Assembly (NCBI GenBank): GCA_033442325.1
Contig: JAWQFM010000027.1
Location: 323,186 to 387,185 of the forward strand
Direction: 5' to 3'
DNA from: Salpingoeca rosetta
Taxonomy: Eukaryota; Protista; Choanoflagellata
Length of the DNA: 64,000 nucleotides
Position numbers and translations under genes: made by a program. Under the pieces are notes generated by a model. It made no database searches. It was not told the DNA's origin and saw only the letters and a list, made by a program, of their open reading frames with translations. Positions 23,593 to 54,054 of this stretch are shown piece after piece (position 1 is the stretch's first letter; the number at the start of each line of letters is the position of its first letter).

Positions 23593-23806
23593 CGTCGCTG
23601 TTTCTTGTGTGGTTGTTGCGCCGCTGATTAATGTGTGCAATTACCGCTCTGGATTTGGTGTGACGAGCACCAAGGCCATGAATTGTTGTTCTGTGGCAGA
23701 CGCAGACGATGCTGTGCGTCGTCGTGCTGATGGTGGTGTGCATGACTGTGTGTGGATGTGCAGAGTTGTCGGTGCGGAGGCTAGAGGAGAGCAGGAGAGA
23801 GAACAC

Positions 23807-26800
23807 ATGCGTGTGTTGCCGGTGGTGCTCCGGCGTCCACACCCGTGCCTTGTGGGCATCTGCTTCTTGCTGCTTGCCGTTTTGACCTCTCCAGCTCCGG
23901 TAACAGCAGTCAGAACAACAGCGGCAGCACAGGTTGACCTGTGCTCACGGGTCGACCTGAGCTTGGCGCACATCATCCACACCCTGCACGATTCCGGCGC
24001 TGTGATCATCGACGACGCCTGGCACAAGCACTCGCCTCCAGCGAGTCGAGCACAGGCCAAAGACCAGCACACCACCTGGCCTGGAAGCCCTCGTTTTGGT
24101 GCTGCTGCTGCTGCTGCTGCTGGTGGTGGTGGTGGTGGCACAGCCGCAGATGGCGGCACGACAAACAACCCCACACCGCAGCCGCACGTCGACATTGCTC
24201 CCATTCAAGAAATGATGCGGACGCTTGGCTGTGACAGAAGCCTTGATGGCCGTGATGGCCCAAGCCTTTCCGCCCTCAGCATGCCCCTCCACCGGGTGGC
24301 AAACGGCACGCCTGCACAGGATGAACAGGAGTCCGTGAAGCCTGCACCCACCACGCGCCCGCGTTCCCAACGTGCATGCAGGCAACGCAGGAACGCAGAG
24401 CCACCCTCAGCCATGCTCACAGGGGAGTGCCCGATCCAAGCCGTCGTGAACGGCACGTGCGCCGGAGCGGACGACAGGGGGGTGTTGCACATTGTTGTGG
24501 AGAAAAACCCCGACCAACCCGACGACCCCATCGCACTGGACGAGAGCACCAACGCCGCCACCCTCCTCGCCATCTCCGTCCCTGTAAGGCACCTTGTCCT
24601 GCGCAACAATATCAGCAACAGCGTCTTGACCTGGGTCCTGACCAATGGCAACTGGGCCAACCTGACCCGGCTTGAGCTGCGGGGTTTGGAGCTTGACACC
24701 CTCGACTTCCGCAACTTCAACGCACTGCCCAGCCTGGTGCGCATCGATGTCTTCAACTCAGCCTCCGTGTCGCGCATCAGCACAAAGGGATTTCGCTTCG
24801 CGTCCCAGCTGCAGCGCCTGCACCTTCGCAGCAATGACCTTGCCACACTGGACCCAGACGCCTTTGACCTCATGACTGCCCTGTTCAGTCTGGATCTGGG
24901 CGTAAACAGGCTGCAGGAGCTGCCACCCAACATCTTTCGGCGGCTCACCGCCCTCGACCGCCTCTTCCTCGACTCCAACCTCATCTCGCACGTGCCAGCC
25001 GGCACATTCCACCCGCTGACGCAGCTCACCTTCCTGACGCTGCGAGGCAACGACCTGACCCACGTCGACAGCGACATGTTCACCCGCCTCCACCGCGTGC
25101 ACCACTTTGTTCTCAGCGACAACCCGATCCGCACCATCCAACCCGGCGCCTTCAACAACCTCACCAGCATGCGCAACTTCGAGTTGAGGGACACGCTGGT
25201 GGCACGCCTACCGCCACACCCCTTCACCTTCATGCAGCGCCTCACGGCACTGGAGCTCTCCTCCAACACATTGACAGCGCTGCCCGCAGACGTGTTCCAC
25301 GGCCTGAGCCGGATGACCCGCATCCTGCTCAGCCACAACCGCATCACGTCTCTCCACCCGCACACCTTCCGCAACCTCACCTTCCTCAAGTCTGTTTCCT
25401 TGGACAAGAACAAGCTGACCAGCCTTCACCGCGACTTGTTTGTCGACGCCAGGCATCTCAATGTGCTCAGTTGCCAGTCAAACCTCCTCACATCTCTGCC
25501 ACGCGACATCTTCCGCGGCAACACGGCGCTGCGCTTCCTCCTCCTGGGCGCCAACTTCTTCACATCCCTGGACGGCGTGTTCGACGCTGTCACGGACCTG
25601 CGTGCGCTGGCGCTTGAGCGCAACTTGCTCACGTCCATCCACTTCGACGTGCCCCTGCCCCAGCTCGTTGGCATCACGCTCAATGACAACCGCATCACCC
25701 GCCTGCCCAACCTCGACGTGATTCCCCGCATCAACACCCTCAGCCTCCGCAACCATCGCATCCGAAACATCCCCATGGCTGAAGTACTGGCCCACGTCAG
25801 CCTGCGCGTGCTTGAGCTCGTCGCCGCACCGGACGTTGGCTCCGTGGCCCACCTTGACCTGGACGCCTTCCAGCCCGACCTGTCCACCATCCGTGTGGAG
25901 ACGCTGCGGCTGGGCAACGTAGACATCACGCCCATGCTTCCCATTGTGGACGCCCTGACACGCAGCAGTACTCCTTTGCAGCTGGAGGTCCTTCAAATGG
26001 GCTGGCCCGGGCTCGACGAGAGTGTGCTGCCGTTGTCCACAATCTGCACATTGCTTGCAAGCAACGTGGAGGAGCTGGGCCTCATCAACACGGGCTACCG
26101 CTCCCTGGACCTGTGCAGAGGCCGGAAGTTCAAGTCCGTCTTCCTGCAGAACAATCGCCGCCTGCAATCGCTTTCCATCCACAGCAGCCTGTCCCACCTC
26201 AACGTGTCCGGGTGCCATCAGCTGACACAGATGACAGCGCCGACAATCGACATTCTTGACATCACCGGCACGCGGTTGCGCCCCTCCTCTGCTCTGTGCA
26301 GGCGTTGGGGTCGGACGATGCTCTTTGCCAAACGCATCTCGGAGGACCTGTTCAACACGGTGCATGGGCTGTCCACACTTGCAAGGTGTCTAGCAACGCT
26401 CAGCGTGCTCGATGTGTCGGACAATGCGTGGATCGACAACGCACGCGAGACGGAGAGCAGCATCGGCGTTGTGACGGCGCTGTCAGACGACGCGCACCTC
26501 GACGTCAACGGCTTTGTGGTCCCGTTTCGACCCAACCCGCCCCTGTTTCAGCTCACAAACGCGGCCATCCAATGCAACTTGGAGCTGAGCAGCGAAAGCT
26601 TGCACCAGGGCGGGGCCACATCCCCTGTGATCGTGTATGCGTTCCGTTGCACGTGCGCACGCGGTTTCAAGATGACGTCAGGTGGGCGGTGTGTGTTCGA
26701 CGAGCCAGATATTGCCGGCATTGCCGCTGCCTCCGTGATTGGCGGCCTTGGCATTGGCCTGCTCATGGCGTGGCTGTCACGCCGCTACCGTGGCCTGACC

Positions 26801-27413
26801 AAGCGCATCGGCCTGCAGGAGCAGCTGCTAGTGGAACGAGACGAGGAGGTGATGGCGCTGAAGAAGGCGTGGGAGATTGAGTACGATGAGCTGAGGATGA
26901 TCAAGCGTGTTGCTGCGGGCGCGTTTGGCGTTGTGTTCAAGGCAGAGTGGGACACAGTCACAGTAGCAGTGAAGGTGCTGCAGCAAGGGGTGATGATGTT
27001 TGACGAGAGCACGGTGTTGGAGTTTGAGAAGGAGGTGGAGTTCCTGCAGCGGACACGTCATCCGCACGTGGTGCGGTTCTTTGGCGCGGGGACAGACCCC
27101 AACGGCAGCCCGTTCCTGGTGCTGGAGTTTGTGGCGATGGGATCACTGAAGGACCTGTTGGGCAAGGACATGGAGCAGGTGCTGATGGAGGTGGAGGCGC
27201 GGAGTACTGAGGGCGATGGTGAGGACGATGTGCTTGTGGTGGGAGACACAAGCAAGGAGGGTGGTGGTGACCGGGTGTGGGCACTGAAGCTGCGGCTGCT
27301 GCGTGACGTTGCGAGCGGCATGGCATTTATCCACAGCCTCGACCAAGTGCACAGGTGTGTGTAAAAGGGGGGTGAGGGTGTTTGGGGTGGCGTGTACGTG
27401 TGTACACGTGTGT

Positions 27414-27506
<93 letters not shown>

Positions 27507-27578
27507 GTGTCGGGCATTGCGTTGGGACGAGGTGGTGTTGGTGTGGCGTCGGCTGCGTTTGCTCTTCACCTCACCCAT

Positions 27579-27612
<34 letters not shown>

Positions 27613-28468
27613 CACACAACACACAATACACAACACACAACACACACATACACACACATGCACTGAGTGCAGGGATCTGAAGAGCGGGAATGTGCTGGTG
27701 TCGGCGCGGCTGAGAGCCAAGATCACGGACTTTGGATCCATTCGCCAGTGCCTCGCTGGCGGCTCTTCCGCTTCCTCCTCATCCACGACAGCAACAACAG
27801 CAACCACGGCCATGACAGCAGAAGCAGCAGCACATGCTGATGACCTGACGTACTCGCAGGCGGCGGGCACGGCGACGATGAACCCGAGCATGACGATGAC
27901 GGCTGGTGTGGGGACGCCGCTGTACATGGCGCCGGAGGTGCTGTTGGGCGACAAGTACAACGCCAAGGCAGACGTGTTCAGCTTTGGGGTGCTGATGTGG
28001 GAGGTGGCAACGCAGCGTGTGCCTGACTTGATTGAGCAGGAGAAAGGAAGCGACTTCCGTGGTCCCATGCTTGCCACACTCAGCAAGCTCTTGCAGGACG
28101 GGAAACGTCTCGAGTTTGCTTCTCGCGGCGGCACTGGCGACGCTGCTTCGACTCGTTGGTTTCGCGGGACTGTTGATCTGCGTGCCTGTCCCCAAAGCAC
28201 ACTCATGCACTTTCACGCACATGCGCCAATGTACATAGAATGTGCATGCAAACACACACTCATCAACACACAACAACCACACACCCTCCGCAGTTGTCCG
28301 AGGGCCTTTTCTACCATGTTAGCGTCTCCTCACACACACACACACCCTCTGTTCACATCATGTTGCGACGCAGGTCCGCCCTTGGTGTTCCATGAGCTCG
28401 CTCGCCAGTGCATGGACAGGCTACCGCGTGTTCGCCCCTCCTTTGAAGAGCTCTGCGCTCGTCTCTGA
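23807..28468 (+). CDS. LRR receptor kinase, TKL group (paralog B)
   Basis: Exons 23807-27354, 27673-~28140 and 28374-28468. Signal peptide, many LRRs, Cys cap, TM helix and kinase motifs HRDLKSGN, DFG, GTPLYMAPE and RPSF. It has an intron at the same position (HR|D) as paralog A. Confidence 0.92.
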
Positions 28469-28927
28469 AGACGTTACACACCTCTACACCTGCTTGCCAC
28501 ATTGTACATGTGTGTGTGTCTCGAAACGCTTCGCAGTCCAAACACGCTGCGCTGACGTCAGTTGCCGTGTGATGAGTCATCATTGCTGTTTGACAGTGTC
28601 GTTGCTGTGCCGTTTTTTTGTTGCTTCTTCGATTTTGTTTGTTTGCGCTGCGACATCGCGTCGCGTTCTGCACACAAACACAAACATAAGCACTCCCCAC
28701 CACCACACCCCCCTTCTGCACCAAGAACGAGCGCTTGTCTCCTCCCTCTGTCGACTCTCGTGTCGCTGACTGTGCTCAGAGCAAGCAACAGCTGTTATTC
28801 GCCAATACAAAGACACATCGGCTTGACTTCCTGGCTTACCTTGGAACGTGTGTGTCGCTGTAGTTGCTGTTGTTGTTTGTTCTCAACCTTCTCCCCTCCT
28901 CTCACAAGCCCATCGATTGCGTGAAAG

Positions 28928-43423
<14,496 letters not shown>

Positions 43424-43950
43424 GGACCCATTGTTTCTTTTGCTCGATTGCTGGCTGTTTTGGCTGTTCTGTGCAATAGAGATGTTAGTGGTGTTCTGTG
43501 TTGACTTGTTCGTCTTCACGCATGCGATGTGGCGATGTTGTGCTTGCTTCTTGCCTGTTTAGCTCTCTGCCTTGTTAGCGCAGTGTTTCGTTACCCCCTG
43601 CTTTAGTTGTTACTTGCTTGTCTAGCAGCCACACTGTTGTTATTGTTGGATGATAATACACTGCTTTGACTGTGACACTGTGACAAACGTGGGCATGTGA
43701 GGGTGATGACCAGTGTCATGTGCCCATGTGGTGGCGGACAAACTCTCCTGCTTGCAAGCATACCCGGTTACTACACTTTATACTGTTGCAAATAGTTCTC
43801 TCTTTTCTTGTTTGGACGTGTTTTGACTGGAACGCCAGCCGGAACAGGACTGCTGTTCAGTGGCTGGGCGGTGCTGCACTTCATTCATCGATTCATCATC
43901 CTCTCCACCTCGTCGAGGCTGAGCACCACCTTCACCACCAATCCAAAGCC

Positions 43951-46420
<2,470 letters not shown>

Positions 46421-46533
46421 CACATTTGTGTGTGTGCGCGCGCGCGTGTGTGTGTGTGTATGCATACACATTGTCGCATTTGTTACCATGCGCCTTGTAG
46501 TTGTTCACCCCCCCCCCCCTCTTCGCCCTGTGT

Positions 46534-46579
<46 letters not shown>

Positions 46580-46694
46580 GGTTGTGATTCGGCGACCCCA
46601 AAATTATGAATGATATCGCAAACATTCAAGCCATTGAAATCAGTTCCCCCCTTTTGTGCTTTGACAAGTCGTGGCAACAAACCATCTTGCACCC

Positions 46695-47858
46695 ATGTCG
46701 GCCCTCACCGCCAAACCACCATGCTGTTTCAGCTTGTCTCAGATGGTGGAGGATGCTCAACAACACGCGAAGCACATTGAGTGTACAGTGTTTCACATTC
46801 ACGCCGTGCCAGTGAGCTGGACGAGCTTCCTTCAGGTGTACAAGAAATGCACAGACGTGCGCGCATTTGCTGATGTGTTGTGGGACACACCAGACAGAAG
46901 GCTGACGCAGAACCGCACCTGGTGCTACACCCGTGATGGCGCTTGGCACGTCAAGGCTTTCGCAAACGTCAGCGAGCACGGCAACGTATCGTTTCGACGA
47001 GCCATCAAAGCAGAGGATTTCGGCACCGTGTTGCGGGAGCATGGCGTGGCTCGGGAGGAGCTGAAGCCTGTCGTTGTCCTGAACACGCTGCGCCTTGTTT
47101 TCGACGACTCCGCTTTACCGCACACCACGGAGGCAGACATTGGCGTGGTCGATGCCACGTGGATGCCAGATGGTCGCATCTACAGCGTGTGTCGCCTCAA
47201 GGGCAACCTCGACGCTGACTTAACGCCAACACCTGAGACGTCTGAGTTGACATACAAACGTGCGCACTCCCGCATCGCCACGTACTTACTGTCTCTGCCA
47301 CGCGCTGAGCAGAGCGAAGCCGTGCCACCGAATGTTCTGGAGCAGTTTCAGCACGACGAGCTCCTCTCCAGCGATGGTGACAAGTTTGCTGATGTCCTTC
47401 AGCCCGAACTGCTGCAGTTTGCGCGTGACACGGCAACAACACCGGCACAACGACTCGCATACACGCGGTGGATGCAGGCGCCCTTCACGGCCACCCGCGA
47501 TGCGGCTGCCGAAGCCGCAACGAGCACAACGACCTTCGCCGACGCGCTGAAGAGGTTCCAAGAAGAAGAACAAGAAGAAGCAGAAGATTCTCGTGTGTGG
47601 ACCAAGTTCCTTGATGTCGTTGGATGCATGAACACCAGCAGCATGCCTGAACCCTGCCGACTGGACTTTGCCCAAGCCGACCCAGAAGACGACGATGACG
47701 AGGAATGTGTGCTCGTGGCCTGGGACATGTACGGCGTGTATTTGACGTTCTTGGTGGACAGCATCTCGTTTGATGGCAAGCACTACGACATCAGCGACGA
47801 CGTTGGCATTCAGCGCTTCATTGCCGAGCTTACACCTTGCCTTCCTTCGCATACGTGA
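46695..47858 (+). CDS. Intronless hypothetical protein with a degenerate CYTH/thiamine-triphosphatase-like N-terminal domain
   Basis: 'FADVLWDTPDRRLTQNRTWCYTRDGAWHVK' matches the CYTH pattern D.YYDTP..L....WLR.R...W.LK. The ExExK motif is degenerate (HIECTVF). Confidence 0.5.
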   Translation: MSALTAKPPCCFSLSQMVEDAQQHAKHIECTVFHIHAVPVSWTSFLQVYKKCTDVRAFADVLWDTPDRRLTQNRTWCYTRDGAWHVKAFANVSEHGNVSFRRAIKAEDFGTVLREHGVAREELKPVVVLNTLRLVFDDSALPHTTEADIGVVDATWMPDGRIYSVCRLKGNLDADLTPTPETSELTYKRAHSRIATYLLSLPRAEQSEAVPPNVLEQFQHDELLSSDGDKFADVLQPELLQFARDTATTPAQRLAYTRWMQAPFTATRDAAAEAATSTTTFADALKRFQEEEQEEAEDSRVWTKFLDVVGCMNTSSMPEPCRLDFAQADPEDDDDEECVLVAWDMYGVYLTFLVDSISFDGKHYDISDDVGIQRFIAELTPCLPSHT

Positions 47859-47899
47859 TGCTTGCACTTGCTTTGGTTGTTGTTGTTGTTGTTGTTTAA

Positions 47900-47931
<32 letters not shown>

Positions 47932-48460
47932 AGTTGTTGTTGTTGTTGTTGTTGTTATCAATGTGGTTGGTGTTGTCGTCTCTGCCTCTTTCGTGTGTGT
48001 GTGTGTGTGTGCGTGTGTGCATGTGTGTGTGTGTGCGTGTGTGTGTGTGTGTGCGTGTGTGCGCGCGTGCATGTGTGCGTGTGTGCGCGCAACACCTGTA
48101 TGCTGTTGTTGATGGACATGCCTTCCTTCCAACCTTGTCCGTGACATGATTTGCCCCACTAAACACCATTGAAACAGATTGGTCACCACACATTAGGCAG
48201 CAAACCGAACCCACACCTCCCCGCGGTCACTGCGATTGCTGGCTGCCGCTTGCACACGAGCAGCGACACTGATGTTTGTTAATGGACTGGCTTTTGGGCA
48301 GACAGACGTTTGACATGGAGCTTTGTGTTTTTTTTTTTTTGCGACTGCCGAAAATTTTCCGCTGTGTTGGCAGCCGGGGCCAACATCTCCGCCATGTTCA
48401 AAGCGCCAAACTTTCATTTTTTGAACGCACGTCACAGCCACATAAGTGCCAACCCAGCCT

Positions 48461-49042
48461 ATGGAGGATGCTACTCAGCCTCAACCACGGCAGTGGAACC
48501 GGAAGCCCGTCGACCCGTTGCCCGATGCCATGGTGCACGAAATCCTATCTCAAGATCCTCTGACGTCTGTCATTCGCATACTCAAATCCAGCAACCCAAA
48601 GAAGTCACCTGAGTTTGTGCCGAAGGACGGCGTTCAGATTGATGAGGATGACCGCGTGACTTTCACATTCTCGACTGTCGCGTCGCACATCTACACGTCT
48701 TCCTCGGCACTCGTGCACCACTTGTGGGGTAAGCTGCACAACTTTAGTTCGTGTGTTGTTTTCACCACGCCGAACCTCACTCCAACCCAAGTGTCGCTCG
48801 ACGTGATGGTGACAGTCAAGACAATCGTGGACAACGAAAACTACAACGGCCATGCAAACATGAAGATAACCCTGGAAATCGATCCCGGCAGCACTTACGC
48901 ACGTAATGGCAAGACAGATAAGAAATGGATTCCCGTTTTGCAAGGTTTTGTTCACAACTTCGTTTTCAAGCACCTGTGCCCCAATCCTGTGCGTGCTGTG
49001 TCACTTGATGATGAGTCTGTGCCGTACTCTTCCTCGGCATAG
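48461..49042 (+). CDS. Intronless hypothetical protein (~193 aa)
   Basis: Clean, non-repetitive ORF with globular composition, flanked by microsatellite-rich noncoding DNA. No family recognised. Confidence 0.6.
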   Translation: MEDATQPQPRQWNRKPVDPLPDAMVHEILSQDPLTSVIRILKSSNPKKSPEFVPKDGVQIDEDDRVTFTFSTVASHIYTSSSALVHHLWGKLHNFSSCVVFTTPNLTPTQVSLDVMVTVKTIVDNENYNGHANMKITLEIDPGSTYARNGKTDKKWIPVLQGFVHNFVFKHLCPNPVRAVSLDDESVPYSSSA

Positions 49043-49083
49043 TCATTTGGTACATGCATTCACATGTGTGTGTGAGTGTGTGA

Positions 49084-49156
<73 letters not shown>

Positions 49157-49586
49157 GTAACAAACGGGGCGCGCGAACCGCCTCCCCGTCCATTTTGCTT
49201 GGTTTGTGGTACGACATGATCTTCTACATCTGGCACTTCAACCATTTCTTTTTCCCTTCGCTGCCATGCTTAAAGTTGAGGCAAGAGTAAAAGGTTATGA
49301 GTTCGAAATGGCATGTCATGTATTTGCATCGGGGATGAACACAAGCGAACACAAGCGAACACAAGAGGAACACTGCTCGCCACAAGTCCAGACAACAGGC
49401 AGCAACACCGCGTCACAGAAACACCACCATGCAACTCCACCAGCAAACAACAACGGGCAACTATTTGGGTGTGGGTCGATGTTCCAAAGCAAGGTGACTT
49501 GGAACAGAACCGACAAGGTGGCAATGCGCAGGGAGACACATGTCATCATACGACATGCATGTATGATGTGACGTGCACGTGCGGCT

Positions 49587-49767
49587 TCACGCCTCCTGGC
49601 CAATGGCCTTGGCCTTTGGCAGGAAGTTTGTCCACGCCGTCTCAATCTTCTCCTCCAGCTCAGCCGTCTTCTTCGCATAGCGGATCACAGCAGTCTTCAT
49701 ATCACGCGCCTGTGTGTGGTGGTGGAAGGGGATGGGGAAGGAAAGGAGAGGAATGAGTGTGTGATGA

Positions 49768-49803
<36 letters not shown>

Positions 49804-50285
49804 CACACAACACACACACACACTCAGCCGAACGTACGCGGAGGAGGTTGCAGCGCTTGTACTCTTGCTTGATGCGGGCCGAGATCTCGTCGAACACGAC
49901 CTTCGCCTCCTGCACCGCCGTCTCAGCCTGCATGCACATCGGATGGTGGTGAGAGAGTGAGCGTGTGAGCGTGTGATGGATTGGCATGTGAGACAACTTC
50001 AACAGCACCAACTCTGAACTCATGCAGCGCACGTGATTACAACCACGTGTCATCCATGAGCACTGACCGCCTCGACGTCGCGGGCGGCCTGGTCGAGCTT
50101 CTCCGTCTTGTTCTTCGCTGTACATCGAAGCAGCGACAAAGGGTGGTAGTCGTGGTGGTGGAGGTGGTGGTGGTGGTGGTGACAATGATGGTGGCGATGT
50201 GGTGGACGTGAGGGATATTTTGTGGTGGTGATGCAAGGGCAGAAGCCGCGTAGCACAGAAGCAAATGCAACGACAGTGCTTCGCA

Positions 50286-50330
<45 letters not shown>

Positions 50331-50431
50331 AACCTGTGTAGGTGGCCTGGAGGTCCTTCTTCTTGAGGAGGGTGGACTCGGCCGTCTGCCACGCCTTGAA
50401 CGCCGAGATGCGCTGCTGGAACGCAGTCTGT

Positions 50432-50512
<81 letters not shown>

Positions 50513-50861
50513 CATGCGTGATGCCGACGTATAGATCGACCGGGAGTGTTGGTCGAAAATCTTTGCCGCCCACGTTCAGTCCAACCAGTTTGAGGGGAGA
50601 CAACCGTGCGTGCAAGCAACACACGCACGCATGCAAGCACACACGCACGCGTGCACGCTGTGACAGAGGTTGGGTGACAACCGCACCCTGATGGCCGTGA
50701 CGAGGAGGAGGTAGTCGGTGACAACCTCCCGTCAGGTCGTAGAACTCCCGGTCGCGCTGCGCAGCGGGTTTGTGTGGCGGATAATGTGAGATGAAGCGAG
50801 GTGAAATGGAATGGCGTGGTGGGCGGTTACAGGCGTACGCTGCGCTCATCCCCGCACACAC

Positions 50862-50902
<41 letters not shown>

Positions 50903-51952
50903 AACACACACACACACACACACACCACACACACACACACACACGCACACACACACACACCACACACACACACACACGCACACATACACACACACACACA
51001 CATACACACACACACACACACACGCACACATGACACAACCACTTGCGCAAGGGACGGACCTGCTTTGCGTGGAGGTTGGCGACCTTTGCCTCGACGTCTG
51101 CGAGCTGGTGCATTGCGCCAGACAGCGTCTCCATCTCTTCGCTGTCTGCAAGCGCCGAGAACCGCTCGGCAAACGCCGTCATCAGCCCAGACAGCTCCTT
51201 GCGGCGCGTCACTGGTGGTGGTGATGGCGGTGGTGGTGTGATGGCGGTGGTATTGGTGATGGTGATGGTGGTATTGGTGATGGTGATTGAAGTGGTGTTT
51301 GCAGTAATGATGCAGAGGAGGGAAGTGGGCGAATGATTGTGAGCATTGTGGGTTGGGGTTTAGAGGGGAACGATCAGGCAGGCTCAGTCAGGCAGGTGGG
51401 AGGACACAGCAAGGACACAGATCAGCAGCAAGCACGCCAGTGGTTGTTCGTTGTTGTTGTTGTCGATGTTTGTTGTTCGTTACCGAGCGATTGGAGGGCG
51501 GTGTGCAGCTGCTTCAGCTGGGCTTCAATCACATCCACCTCCTGCGTGGTGTCCGCAAACCACTGCGCCAAGTGCACGGACACAACAACACGGAGTGAGT
51601 GGTGGTGCGGGGAGACAGGAAGGAAGGAGGGGGTGAGTTGAGGGGGGGGGGGGCTGTGCACCAACCAATGCGTGCTTGCTTTCGGAGAGCGGACAATAGC
51701 CTGATTGCAGACACGCAAGTGCATGGACACAACCACAAAGTGCACACAAGCAAGATTGCGCGCGCACACACACACACACACAAAACATAAGAGCGCATAC
51801 CTCCTCTGACTCGACGTATGACGCGAGCTTCTGGGCGATGTTGGAAAGGGTGCTTGTCTTGGGCTTGGCAAGCTGCACAGCGAACACACGCAAACAAATG
51901 CAGCACGTGTTCACATGAGAAACCAAAAGAAACGTGAACGCATTGCATCCAG

Positions 51953-52028
<76 letters not shown>

Positions 52029-52624
52029 TCACCTTTGTCTCTGTGGTGAGGAAGGTCTTGACGTTGTCGTCGTGGCGGAGAATTGGATGCTCTGCAACTT
52101 TGCGCATGAACCTGTCGCGAAGAAGAGGCGTGCACAGCAGCAGCAGCAACAGCAGCAGGGAAGGTGTGAGCACGTGAAGTGCTAGCAGGCAATCACAGAT
52201 CGCTCAAGGGAAAGGAAACACAACCATACACAAACACTGAACATGCACACACAAGAAGTACAATGTCAAGCACAAGGGTGGCACACAGATACAGACACAC
52301 ATACCCACAAGGACCTCCCCCCCCCCACACACACCTCCAAATCCCCAATCTGACCTCTGAAGGGCGCGTGCGCGGCGCTCGAGGAAGGGCGAGATGTCCT
52401 CGGTGCTGGACTTGAACTTGCCAATGCCTGTGCTCAGGGCATCCTTGGGTGGCGGCGGCGGCACAATCACGCCAGGGTGGTCTGCAACCAGCTGTACGCA
52501 CGCATGTATGTATTAGGTATATGTATTCAGTTGATGAGAGGGAGTGGGAACGAGCATCTGAGATGCATGCAACGACGCACTTGCTCATCGCCCCCTTACT
52601 CCCAACGCACACACAGACAGACAG

Positions 52625-52677
<53 letters not shown>

Positions 52678-52874
52678 AGCTTGAAGAGGTTGTGGAAATC
52701 GCTGTAGCGGTGCTCGACGGTGATGTCGTCCATGGGGCGGTAGCTCTCCATATCCGTCTTGAGCGACAGGGTTAGGCATGATGCACGGATGCATTTGACA
52801 TCAATGGGAGATGAGCTACAATGGCGCGACGCTCCACCAAACAGCACCATGCCCATAAGAGAATAACGCGTGAC

Positions 52875-52933
<59 letters not shown>

Positions 52934-53763
52934 GAAACGCACCTTGGTGTGCACGGTGTAGACAATGTAAGAGCTCATGCCCTCGCCAACTTTCTTTGGG
53001 GAGCCAACGTTGATGTCGAGCTTCTCCTTGTGCTTGTGTTGCGAGGACACACTTGAAACGCTCGCCTTGTGGGCGCGGGCTGTGGACGTTGACGCGGAGG
53101 AGGGCGAGCTGGGAGCAGCAGCCTGCTCATCGCTGGTGGCGGTCGCAGGCTCATCCTTCTGTTGCTGCTTCTCTTCCTCTTCTTCGGCTTCCTCCTGCTC
53201 CTGTTGTTGCAGTGCAGCATCGTCTTGTTCATTCTCCTCCTTGGTGCTCTCCGCAGCGGGCTGCTCTTCTTGATCGTCATCAGCTGGCGGTTGCGGCTCG
53301 TCATCAGAGAGGGAGACGTCCACATGCTCATCCTTCTCTTCAGATGGGCTCACGGACAGCACGGCTGGCTCTGCAGCATCTGCGGCTGTGGCATCATCAT
53401 TGTCGTCAGCCTCGTTCTCCTCCTGTTGCTGTGGCTCTTCTGCTTCCTCGGCTGCATCCTGTGGTGGGGCGCGATCCCCATCGTCGTCGCTCAGGGAGAT
53501 GTCATGGGTGGCCTGCGCAAGCGTGATGTGCATGCATATGCATGTGAGTGAGTGAGTGAGTGAGTGAGTGAGTGTGTGTGTGTGAATGTGTGTGTGTGTT
53601 AGACTGTGTGCAATGGGTGAAAGAGGAGCAAAGAGCATGGGGGTGGTGTGNNNNNNNNNNNNNNNNNNNNNNNNNNNNNNNNNNNNNNNNNNNNNNNNNN
53701 NNNNNNNNNNNNNNNNNNNNNNNNNNNNNNNNNNNNNNNNNNNNNNNNNNAGAGTGTGTGTGT

Positions 53764-53797
<34 letters not shown>

Positions 53798-54054
53798 GTG
53801 TGTGTGTGTGTGTGTGAATGTGAATGTGTGTGTGTGTTGTGTGTGTGTGTGTGTGTTTGCGTGTGTGTCGTGTGTTTGTGTTTGTGAATGTGCTATGTGT
53901 GCACGACACTGCCCCACTCGCGCCACAACACAGCCTTTCAAGCGACACAACGCGAAGTAAAGATCCAAACCAAAACAACCCCCACACACACCCCACACAC
54001 ACGTGTGATGCTTGTGCTGACCTCCTCCACGTCCTGCACTTCAGTGTCGCTCAT
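49587..54054 (-). CDS. PX-BAR sorting nexin (SNX1/2 / Vps5-like)
   Basis: About 13 exons. Acidic N-terminus; PX motifs INVGSPKKVGEGMSSYIVYTV, HRYSDF, PGVIVPPPPPK, FLERRARALQRFMRKVAEHPIL; helical BAR domain ending IETAWTNFLPKAKAIGQEA*. Confidence 0.9.
53651..53750. other. Assembly gap (100 N)
   Basis: Run of n within a sorting nexin intron. Confidence 1.
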
